This document shows positions 40,226 to 51,305 of a stretch of 63,151 nt of DNA, piece after piece. The stretch's first letter is position 1, and each line of letters starts with the position of its first letter. The notes beneath the pieces were generated by a model, which saw nothing but the letters and a program-made list of their open reading frames with translations, had not been told where the DNA came from and did not search any database. The DNA comes from Octopus bimaculoides (Eukaryota), in NCBI RefSeq assembly GCF_001194135.2, contig NC_068984.1:118786319-118849469 (forward strand), written 5' to 3'. A program made the position numbers and the translations under genes.

Positions 40226-42187
40226 ATGGATGAAATACTCTCAAGCAAATCAATTTGAAATCTTTGATTCTTGTGTGCCTCGTTTTGTGTCAAAGTGACT
40301 TAAGCATGTAATAGAAAGATAAAATAAGTTAAATGTGCATGCTCTGAAAGGGCTTGGAGTTTTGATGTTTCAAAGAAACATCGGAACTCAGTGCTATCAC
40401 AATGCATGAAGTCATCTCATTTAACAAATCATATTAACGATTTTATTTTGTGCTGACATACACCATTACTGGTTTCCGTTATTTTTTTTTTTTTTATTAA
40501 CTGATAGATTGATTGATACGCTTTTCCTTTGTCTTATTTCATAAGATGGTACGAAATATGTATGCTCTTTTTTCTTTAACTTGTTCCAGTCATTGGACTG
40601 TAGTCATGCTAGGCACCACCTTTAAGGGTTTTAATCAATTATATCAGCTATAGTATTCATTTCAGTTTGTTTCTTATATTATTGATTTATATTTATTCAA
40701 TGGTTAAATTACACAGTTGTTTTACATGGTTAAACATTAACATATATACACACACATACACACAGACAGACACACATACACACACACAGATAGAGACGAA
40801 TATAAATATATATATATANNNNNNNNNNNNNNNNNNNNNNNNNNNNNNNNNNNNNNNNNNNNNNNNNNNNNNNNNNNNNNNNNNNNNNNNNNNNNNNNNN
40901 NNNNNNNNNNNNNNNNNNNNNNNNNNNNNNNNNNNNNNNNNNNNNNNNNNNNNNNNNNNNNNNNNNNNNNNNNNNNNNNNNNNNNNNNNNNNNNNNNNNN
41001 NNNNNNNNNNNNNNNNNNNNNNNNNNNNNNNNNNNNNNNNNNNNNNNNNNNNNNNNNNNNNNNNNNNNNNNNNNNNNNNNNNNNNNNNNNNNNNNNNNNN
41101 NNNNNNNNNNNNNNNNNNNNNNNNNNNNNNNNNNNNNNNNNNNNNNNNNNNNNNNNNNNNNNNNNNNNNNNNNNNNNNNNNNNNNNNNNNNNNNNNNNNN
41201 NNNNNNNNNNNNNNNNNNNNNNNNNNNNNNNNNNNNNNNNNNNNNNNNNNNNNNNNNNNNNNNNNNNNNNNNNNNNNNNNNNNNNNNNNNNNNNNNNNNN
41301 NNNNNNNNNNNNNNNNNNNNNNNNNNNNNNNNNNNNNNNNNNNNNNNNNNNNNNNNNNNNNNNNNNNNNNNNNNNNNNNNNNNNNNNNNNNNNNNNNNNN
41401 NNNNNNNNNNNNNNNNNNNNNNNNNNNNNNNNNNNNNNNNNNNNNNNNNNNNNNNNNNNNNNNNNNNNNNNNNNNNNNNNNNNNNNNNNNNNNNNNNNNN
41501 NNNNNNNNNNNNNNNNNNNNNNNNNNNNNNNNNNNNNNNNNNNNNNNNNNNNNNNNNNNNNNNNNNNNNNNNNNNNNNNNNNNNNNNNNNNNNNNNNNNN
41601 NNNNNNNNNNNNNNNNNNNNNNNNNNNNNNNNNNNNNNNNNNNNNNNNNNNNNNNNNNNNNNNNNNNNNNNNNNNNNNNNNNNNNNNNNNNNNNNNNNNN
41701 NNNNNNNNNNNNNNNNNNNNTATATATATATATATATTCATACATATACATAAATACATGTATGTATGTATATACGCACACACACACACACATATGCATA
41801 TGCATACACATGTCTTTATAGTTGTGTTTATCCCCCACTTCTGCTTGATACTGGTGTTGGTTTATGTCTCCATAACTTGGTATTCAGCAAAACAGACCAA
41901 TGCAATAAGTAGCCAACCTAAAAATAAGTGCAGGGGTTGATTTGTTTGACAAAGCCTTCAAGGCAGTGCTCCAGCATGATCACAGTCCAATGATCGAAAC
42001 AAATAAAAATAAATGCAAAAAAACGTGAAATTATGCTTCACTGAAGAGGTCTAACAAGATTGAAACATGCCTACAGTGATCTACATATTGCCAAAGATTA
42101 GACTCATTCACTACAACATTCCATATTTAATTAATTTAAGTTTTAAGGTTGATTCCTCTGCCTCCTTTTTATGCCTACCAAAATTCA

Positions 42188-42311
42188 GGTGCAAGGATGG
42201 CTGTGTGGTTAGGAAGCTCATTTTGCAGCCACATGCTTCCAGGTTCAGTGTCACTATATGGCACCTCAGACAAGTAACTTCTATTAAAACCCCAATGTGG
42301 TAGCTCATCAA

Positions 42312-42345
<34 letters not shown>

Positions 42346-42590
42346 ATGCGTCTTTGTGCCTTTATCTTCCACCACTACTACTACTTGACAACTGGTAGTG
42401 GCTTATTTACATCCTTAAAACTTAGTAGTTCAGCAAAAGTAACCAATAGAATAAGTACCAGACTTTAAAAAAAAAACGTACTGGTGGGGTGGGGGCAATC
42501 TGTTTGACTAAAACTCATCAAGGCAGTGCCCCAGCATGGCCATAGTTCAATGACTGAAACAAGTAAAAAAAATTAAAAAATAAAAGATAA
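42188..42590 (+). mobile_element. Family A SINE
   Basis: ggtgcaaggatggctgtgtggttagg...gactgaaacaagtaaaa. Confidence 0.8.
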
Positions 42591-42961
42591 TTGTTTTCAT
42601 CATTTAGATTGTAATTTTAATTAAAACTCCTTGGTTTATAACATTAAATACACTAGCATCTGCTTTTATTATATTTTACATTATGTATATCTACTATTAG
42701 AATGTCTACTATTATAGTATGTCTTCCTAACATTACTTACATTAATGTTCAAGAGATGATCCTCTCTCTACCTTTTCTACTGCTTCTACAAAGCATCTAG
42801 TTTTTCAGAGTAGGCTTATAAAATAATAGTGCTCAGAGCTCAGGAGCACTACAATTCATCAGAAAAGGGTTTTAAAAAATAGATTGAAACCAATGAATCA
42901 AATAAAGAAAGATAGCTTTAATAGCCAAAAGTTAATGCATAATATACAGAATGAAACAAAT

Positions 42962-43336
42962 GTTGTTGGCATTCCGTCGCTTACGACGTCGGGGGTTCCA
43001 GTTGATCCAATCAACGGAACAGCCTGCTCGTGAAATTAACGTGCAAGTGGCTGAGAACTCCACAGACACGTGTGCCCTTAACGTAGTTCTCGGGGATATT
43101 CAGCGTGACAAGGCTGGTCCTTTGGATTACAGGCACAACAGAAACAGAAAGTAAGAGTGAGAGAAAGTTGTGGTGAAAGAGTACAACAGGGTTTGCCACC
43201 ATTCCCTGCCAGAGCCTCGTGGAGCTTTAGGTGTTTTCGCTCAATAAACACTCACAACGCCCGATCTGGGAATCGAAACCGCGATCCTATGACCGCGAGT
43301 CCGCTGCCCTAACCACTGGGCCATTGCGCCTCCACT
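42962..43336 (-). mobile_element. Full-length young tRNA-derived SINE (family C) with a 15-bp TSD
   Basis: Pol III A box TGGCCCAGTGG (43323-43313), B box GGTTTCGATTCC (43280-43269) and a (CAA)n-like tail. TSD CAGAATGAAACAAAT at 42947-42961 and 43337-43351. CpGs retained. Confidence 0.9.
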
Positions 43337-43525
43337 CAGAATGAAACAAATAATGATTGACAAAAAGGAACAGTAAAAGACCCATAAAGAGGAAAGGGTG
43401 CATATGGCATGTTAGGTGCAGTGTTGGTGACTATTAAGGAAGCATAGAACCTTTGAAGGATTTAGTGTCCTGGGAGCTATACCAATGCAGGATAGTTTAT
43501 TCTGTAGTTCAACAATTCTGAGTAT

Positions 43526-43912
43526 TCTCTCTTACTTGTTTCAGTCATTTGACTGCGGCCATGCTGGAGCACCGCCTTTAGTCAAGCAAATCGACCCCAG
43601 CACTTATTCTTTGTAAGTCTAGTACTTATTCTATCGGTCTCTTTTGCCGAACCACTAAGTTACGGAGACGTAAACACACCAGTATCGGTTGCCAAGCGAT
43701 GTTGGGGGGACAAACACAGACACACAAACATAAACACACACATACATACATATATATATATATGACGATCTTCTTTCAGTTTCCGTCTACCAAATCCACT
43801 CACAAGGCTTTGGTCGGCCCAAAGCTATAGTAGAAAAGACTTGCCCAAGGTGCGACGCAGTGGGACTGAACCCAGAACCATGTGGTTAGTAAGCAAGCTA
43901 CTTACCACACAG
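43526..43912 (-). mobile_element. Family A SINE (young, CpG-retaining)
   Basis: Reverse complement is nearly collinear with 6296-6700. Confidence 0.85.
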
Positions 43913-44279
43913 CGTAGAATTTTTTTTTATTTTTAGTTTTATATTTTATTTTATAAGCATGTCCACAAGTGGTAGAGGTATTGAATTCAAAATGGTTTCC
44001 AAAGTTGTTGTTGAATAGATGGTGGATAATCTTGTAAGCTTCTACCAAGTCAGCCATTAGACGTTACTCCATTCAAGTACTCCTAACTCATTTGTTGTTC
44101 CTCCTCCTTTTACCATTTGTCTAGAATCTGGTAGGTATCAGCCTTTTCTAATTCCCTCCCTGCACACATCTTTCCTGCAGTCATTGACTAGGAAATATTA
44201 AAGAAAAACATTAACATTGAGGGTCTGGGAAGACCATGGAGCACAACTCCTGGTTAAAGAAACCATTATTATTATGATT

Positions 44280-44955
44280 ACTAAGGCAGCGTGCTGGCAG
44301 AATCGTTAGCACACTGGGCGAAATGCTTAGCAGTAGTTCATCTGCCATTACATTCTGAGTTCAAATTCCACCGAGGTTGACTTTGCCTTTTATCCTTTCA
44401 GGGTCAATAAACTAAGTACCAGTGAAACACTAGGGTCAATGTAATTGACTGGTCCCTTCCCCTAAAATTTTAGGTCTTGTGCCTATAGTAGAAAGGATTA
44501 TTATTATTAATGAAGCAACAAGCTGGCAGAGTAATTAGCACACCGGACAAAATGCTTAGCAACATATCGTCAGTCTTTACATTCTAAGTTCAATTTGCAG
44601 CAGAGTCAGCTTTGCCTTTCATCCTTTCAGGGGTCGATAAAATAAGTACCAACTGAATACTGGGGTCTAAGTAATCAACTTACTCCTTCCTCTGAAATTG
44701 CTGGCCTTGTGCCAAAATTTGAAAGCATCATTATTATTACAAATACAGCATCATTACTACATTGGACAAAATGGTCAGTGGCATTTCCTCAATGTCTTTA
44801 CCTTCTGAGTTCAAATCTCATCAAGATCAACTTTGCCTTTCACTTTTTTGAGGTCAATAAAATAAAGTACCAGTCAAGTACTAGTATCAATGGTATTGAC
44901 AAAGCCTCAACCTTCAAAATTACTGGTTTCATGCCTAAATCAAAAACCATTATTT
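44280..44955 (+). mobile_element. Train of three head-to-tail family B SINEs
   Basis: Copies at about 44283-44510, 44515-44735 and 44765-44955, each ending in (ATT)n. Similar clusters at about 34650-35060 and 51480-51920. Confidence 0.75.
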
Positions 44956-47825
44956 CAGGATGATATGGCTACTGTTTCTAGCACTTTAAATAACCCATAT
45001 AGAGGTTCCAGAAAGGCTCTCTGTAAATTGAACTACTTCAACCATTTTATCAAAATATTTGGTCATTTCAGAGTTGTACTTGTTTGGCAAGTTTTGTGAG
45101 AATCTGTGCATGCGCGCGAATGCGTGTGTGTGTGTGTGTGTGTGCGCGCGTCTTCTTAAACAGTTAAAATGGTTCTTCCACAATGTGATTGCATTTTGGT
45201 CATTTATTATCTATGAAGTCCAAAATAAACAAGAAGGCATTTGTCCTTAAACAAATTCCTTATAGCCAAAATGATTATTTGGCAGAAGGGGGTGCATGCA
45301 CGTGCGCATGTATGCGTGCGCTCTATTGATATTTTCTGGAGTTTTACAATGTTGTTGTTTAATCTCAGGTCATCCCTGACCAAGCAAACCTGTGATTAAA
45401 AGCATTCTAGCCATAACCATTAAACCGTTTTTTCTTCCAGATATAATTTATCTGGGACTATGTTATTCAATGCACCTACCTATTCTCTTTCAAATGATGA
45501 CAATGACACACAAACACTTAAAAAAAGACAAATGCTGGATCAGATAATAAAAAGAAAATATGAATAATAAACCACTGCACAAAATTATCCTCTATTTTGA
45601 TTGAAACAATCTTTTCTTTTTTCTTTGTTTTTTTTTCCAAACATGTTGAGTGGTTGTTTGTAAAACACCATTCTGTGAAAGAGAGCAATAAGCTACAAAT
45701 GTCTCATTCTAGAGTCTCTGTGTATGTGGTGTGAAGTAAGTTTTGGATTTACAATTCAAACAGGAATACAAATGTAAATGTATGGACTACATGGTTCACA
45801 ACGATTATCACTGGTCAATCTAGTTAGCCAAGTTGTTTCACTATAGCGCTCAGGAAAAGTATTTGCATGGATTTTACTATCCCTGCTCCTTTGTGTTGTG
45901 GGCATCCAGCCATAGCAACTATGCCAAAGCAGACAGTAGAGCTTAGTGCAGTTTTCTGACTTGCCAGTTCCTGTCAAACCACCCGACCCATACCAGCCAA
46001 GAAAACAGATGTAAAATGATGATGATAAATATGTATGTATGCATGTATGTATGTATGTATGTATGTATGTATGTATGTATGTATGTATGTATGTATATGA
46101 GCCTTTGAGAGAAATTTGGCAAGATGAAACAACACTGCTTTCAGGTTCCAGGAGGTGGGTTTCTACTAAAATGTCAAAGGAAATCTGTTGGGCTTTGTTG
46201 TTGCAGAGAAAGGCCCAGTAGATAATCATGGACCCTCTTGGTTCTCTGGGCCCTGATATGTGTTCCAGATGAACCACTCCCCTTATTAGAAGCTCGAGGT
46301 CTGTGACAGTATGAAGAATGTTGCTTCATGTTTTTCAAAGTTTGCTTTGATCTGTTGTAGAAATATGGGACTAAGAAAGGGATTGTGTAATTGAAAGAGA
46401 CTAAAATACGAGACCATATGTACACACACACACACGCACATGCACACATACACATATATAGAAGCAGTCTCCAAGTTACAACAGTTCAATTTACAATCAT
46501 CTGTTGTTATAAACCAACCTGTGTATATTAAAAATTCAAGTGAGATAAAACGGTTAGTAATAATGAGAGGATGGGCTATTGGCAATACACATCAAAACAG
46601 ACCACATTCCCAGCAGTGATTTTGGTTTGAGAAAAATCAGTGCTACGTTAAAACTATTTTAAATCTTATACTATAAAGGTTTTATAATGTGTCTTAACTT
46701 GTTTTATTTTATTTACAATTTTTTGTGTTATTGTCCTCATAACCATGCCTCCAAAATGAAAAGCCTACACAAGTGACAGTAGTGCATAGAAGTAAATGAA
46801 CCTAATTGAAATTAAAATAGCAATAATAAAGTGATCAGTGACAAATAAAATACCAACAGCATTGGGAAAACCATTATGCAACAGTTGGTCAACGATTGGG
46901 ATAATTTTAATCTTTTCAATGCCAGCTTGCCTATGACTGCTCCTGGTTCCTTGGTTCTATGACACAAACTCTGTTTTAACCTTTTTATTACGAAATTTCA
47001 AATGAAATATATTGCTTTTGTTTCAATTAATTTTGAAAATAATGAGGAATTTAGTAAAATAACCTTGTCATTATTGAGTTGGTGTTTGGAACATAAAGTA
47101 ACATGAAGTTTTAATAGAAGATTTTAATTTAGATCCCTTTAAAACAAGGAATTTGTATCAGAGGGCCAAGGGCAATCTCAAGTAGGTTGGTATCAAAAAA
47201 GGCTAAAGTGATCAAAATGAAAGCTTTCCCTCAAAATTTTATGTTAATTTATGTTCCTAACACCAGCTCAATAATAAGTTGTTTTACTAAATATTTCATT
47301 ATTTTCAAAATTAATTGAAACTAAGTCAATGTATTCCGACAGAAATATGGTAACAAAAGAGTTAAAGGGCAAAGCAAGAATAATGGAACAAATCAAAGCC
47401 AATATTCCAATGGAAACAATGATAGTCACTAAGCAATTCAGTGGTATTCAAATTAGTTAGTGAAATGTAATGCTTATTTATTCACATTGTTTTGAATTAA
47501 TCATGCATTATCTGATAGCTTTGAGATTTTGATATGATTGTTTAATTTTAGTGTGACATTGTAAAGTAGGTGTCAGAGGTCAGATCTGGTCTGTTTGAAT
47601 ATTAAACATATAGACTATTTAGACTGAATCTGGCCAGTTTAAATGCTAAAGGGTTAATTATTGAAATGTAAAGGCTATTAAGAATTCGGTTGGATGATCA
47701 AAATCAGTGGCATATTCCTATTAGCCCTGGTTTAATGTAAGAAAAGAGCTGAAATGTTTGCAATGATTTAAAAATTGCATGAGTGGCAAGGGAAGATGAT
47801 TCTGAAGAAGATTTTGTTATGAGTT

Positions 47826-49590
47826 TTATTCTTTTACTTGTTTCAGTAATTTGACTGCGACCCAGAACTTGTTCTTTGTAAACCTAGTACTTGTTCTATT
47901 GGTATATTTTGCTGAACTGCTATGTTACAGGGATGTAAACACGCCAGCATCGGTTGTCAAGCAATGGTGGTGGTGAGAGAACACAGACACACACATAAAT
48001 ATATATATATATATATATATACTAGCAGAAATACCCGGCGTTGCCCGGGTTAAAGAGAATAATGAAATCTAAAAACGCTGTCTAGACTACGCATCATCTT
48101 TATATATAGAGATGTATATACACACACGCACCCAAACACACGTATATATATGTATATCAATATAAATATATGAAAGTCAATGAAGTTTCGTAAAAGAACA
48201 CCTCATTGTAAACTATGTTCCTTGTTTTCCCTTGTGGAGCATATACAAATAGGTTTTTTGTTGCTGCCCACTCTNNNNNNNNNNNNNNNNNNNNNNNNNN
48301 NNNNNNNNNNNNNNNNNNNNNNNNNNNNNNNNNNNNNNNNNNNNNNNNNNNNNNNNNNNNNNNNNNNNNNNNNNNNNNNNNNNNNNNNNNNNNNNNNNNN
48401 NNNNNNNNNNNNNNNNNNNNNNNNNNNNNNNNNNNNNNNNNNNNNNNNNNNNNNNNNNNNNNNNNNNNNNNNNNNNNNNNNNNNNNNNNNNNNNNNNNNN
48501 NNNNNNNNNNNNNNNNNNNNNNNNNNNNNNNNNNNNNNNNNNNNNNNNNNNNNNNNNNNNNNNNNNNNNNNNNNNNNNNNNNNNNNNNNNNNNNNNNNNN
48601 NNNNNNNNNNNNNNNNNNNNNNNNNNNNNNNNNNNNNNNNNNNNNNNNNNNNNNNNNNNNNNNNNNNNNNNNNNNNNNNNNNNNNNNNNNNNNNNNNNNN
48701 NNNNNNNNNNNNNNNNNNNNNNNNNNNNNNNNNNNNNNNNNNNNNNNNNNNNNNNNNNNNNNNNNNNNNNNNNNNNNNNNNNNNNNNNNNNNNNNNNNNN
48801 NNNNNNNNNNNNNNNNNNNNNNNNNNNNNNNNNNNNNNNNNNNNNNNNNNNNNNNNNNNNNNNNNNNNNNNNNNNNNNNNNNNNNNNNNNNNNNNNNNNN
48901 NNNNNNNNNNNNNNNNNNNNNNNNNNNNNNNNNNNNNNNNNNNNNNNNNNNNNNNNNNNNNNNNNNNNNNNNNNNNNNNNNNNNNNNNNNNNNNNNNNNN
49001 NNNNNNNNNNNNNNNNNNNNNNNNNNNNNNNNNNNNNNNNNNNNNNNNNNNNNNNNNNNNNNNNNNNNNNNNNNNNNNNNNNNNNNNNNNCTCACTTTCT
49101 CTCTCTGTGAAAGTATCTGTCACTACAGTATCGAAATGTGATTGTTTCAGTTAGTGGAATAGTTTCATTTTTAAAGTGAAAGTATTTGACATGAGTGTTT
49201 TTGTTTCACTTTTGACACGTAATACTTAAATAGTGGAGGAGATATTATGTTGCCGTGTGCTCGAACTCTGCAAGAAGTTAATAATTTTTTTTTACTAAAA
49301 CACAACTGGAACCCTAAGTAAGGCATGTGTAAAATTTGAATGAAATTGGTTGCGTAGTTCTCGAGTTTTAGGGATTCACACAGACAGACAGACAGACACA
49401 CATTCTCATTTTTATATATATAGATAGATATGACAGGCTTCTTTCAGTTTCTGTCTACCAAATTCACTCACAAAGGTTTTAGCTTGAGGCTTTAGTAAAA
49501 GACACTTGCCTAAGGTGTCACACAGTGGGACTGAACCTGGAACCATGTGATTGGGAAGCAAGTTTCTTATCACACAGCCACTCCTGCAAT
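47826..49590 (-). mobile_element. Family A SINE split by a Helitron-type insertion
   Basis: 3' half at 47826-48020 and 5' half at 49426-49590. Confidence 0.8.
48021..49425 (+). mobile_element. Non-autonomous Helitron/Helentron-type element (contains an 816-N gap)
   Basis: 5' ACTAGCAGAAATACCCGGCGTTGCCCGGGT with a GC hairpin; 3' ...(CAGA)n-CACATTCTCATTTTTATATATATAGAT. Inserted in the (TA)n of a family A SINE. Confidence 0.7.
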
Positions 49591-49619
49591 CATTTGAAAG
49601 GGAAGGTAAATTTACACAA

Positions 49620-49830
49620 TATTGGTTTCAAATTTTGGCACAAGGCCAGCAATTCCAGGAGAGGGGTTAAATCGATTACAGTGCTCTCTCTACTGGTACT
49701 TATTTTACAGATCCTGAAAATATGAAAGTCAAAGTCAACTTTGGCAGAATTTGAACCCAGAATGTAAAGATGGACAAAATGCCGCTAAGCATTTTGTCCA
49801 GCATGCTAAATATTCTAGCAGCTCACTGCC
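49620..49830 (-). mobile_element. Family B SINE
   Basis: Reverse complement of the family B consensus. Further copies at about 52310-52440 (+) and 60268-60395 (+). Confidence 0.7.
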
Positions 49831-50041
49831 TTAGATTTACACAATATTAAAGAGTAAAGTGAAAAAGCGAATGTCAATGTATTTGTTACGAGTGAATTTA
49901 CTTAAATGTTGAGAAAATTATTCAGGAAAGAGATTATTTGCCAGATCAGATATCTAAGGCTTTGGCATTCAGATTACTTTGTCAAATATATCATCATCAT
50001 CATCATTTAGTGTCTGCTTTCCATGCTGGCATGGGTTAGAC

Positions 50042-50338
50042 CAGGGATTTTCAAACTTTTTGACTTGCGGACCCCTTTATATTTCAGGCTTTACCTTAGG
50101 GACCTCCTTATAAATGCTTATGAAATTTATACATAAATATTTGCTTAAAATAACATATATTTTTGCATTTATTTATTTAACAGTATTTAACAAATAGGTT
50201 TATTGTCAATTAAAAGATTTCGATTAAAAAACATACATAAAATCAAATTGCCCATAAAAAGTATTTGCTGTCTACGGACCCCCTGTCTTGTCCTTGCGGA
50301 CCCCCTGTGGTCCGCAGACCACAGTTTGAAAACCTCTG
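50042..50338. mobile_element. hAT (Charlie/Buster-like) MITE with a perfect 8-bp TSD
   Basis: TIRs CAGGGATTTTCAAAC / GTTTGAAAACCTCTG (13/15). TSD GGTTAGAC at 50034-50041 and 50339-50346. Confidence 0.9.
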
Positions 50339-50754
50339 GGTTAGACGATTTGACTGAAAAAAAAAAGCTGGAAAGTCACACCAGGTTCCAATCTGATTTG
50401 GCATGGTTTCAATGGCTCGATGCGCTTCCTAACGCCAACCACTCCAGGAGTGTAATGGGTATTTTTTACATGCCACTGACATGGATGTCAGTTATGTGAC
50501 ACAACTATGATTTCACTTGGCTTGATGAGTCTTCTCATATTGCCAAAGGTCTCAGTCACTTATCACCTCCATGAGGCCCAATGTTCAAAGGGTGCTTTTC
50601 ACATACCACTGACATGAGTGCCTGTTACATGACACTGGCATTGGCCACAACTACAGTTTCACTTGGTTTGACAGGTCTTCTCAAGCACAGCATATCACCA
50701 AAAGTCTTGGTCACTTGTCATTGCTTCAATTTACATCATTTTGAATTAACCCTA

Positions 50755-51305
50755 CAAGCTACTTACCACACAGCCACTCCTGTGCATATATATATCTTTT
50801 ATCTTTTACTTGTTTCAGTCATTTGACTGCAGCCATGCTGGGGCACCACCTTGAAGGATTTTTTAGTTGAACAAGTTGACAACAGGGCTTATTTTTTTAA
50901 AGTCTAGTACATATTCTATTTTTCTCTTTTACTAAACCACTAACTTACACAGATGTAAACAAACCGATACCGGTTGCCAAGCAGAGGTGGGGGACAAACA
51001 CAGAAACATACACATAGATGTATATATATGACAGGCTTCTTTCAGTTTCCGTCTACCAAATCCACTCACAAGGCTTTGATTAGTCACACTTGGATCTAAA
51101 AATATGCAATAGATGTATATGCATATCGCAAGAGTTCTTGCTCCTTCTTCAGTACAACATCCAAATACGATGGGCTTCTTTCAGTTTCTCCCCATCAAAT
51201 CCACTCACAAGGTTTTACTTAGACCAAGGCTATAGTAGAAGACACTTGCTCAAGATGCCACACAGTGAGACTGAACTCAGAACCTTGTACTTGGGAAGCA
51301 AGCTC
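50755..51305 (-). mobile_element. Family A SINE plus additional head fragments
   Basis: cttttacttgtttcagtcatttgactgcagccatgctgg...ctttcagtttccgtctaccaaatccactcacaagg. Second head at about 51170-51305. Confidence 0.75.

Noticed and set aside
42951-43202. ORFs MKQMLLAFRR... and MVANPVVLF...
   Set aside because: They lie entirely within the family C SINE.
43265-43336. tRNA gene
   Set aside because: tRNA-like A/B boxes belong to a SINE head that continues into a body and tail with a TSD. No full cloverleaf is evident. The same applies to all other SINE heads.
45756-46585. Overlapping minus-strand ORFs (173, 93 and 99 aa) near 46100-46360
   Set aside because: No recognisable domain and no convincing donor in a compatible phase. 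The ORFs extend into microsatellites and repeats.
21449-49154. Long ORFs of 160-400 aa in the track (21449-22709, 35165-35800, 36373-37543, 37980-38712, 40667-41838, 48157-49154)
   Set aside because: They are open only because they run through N gaps (X residues).
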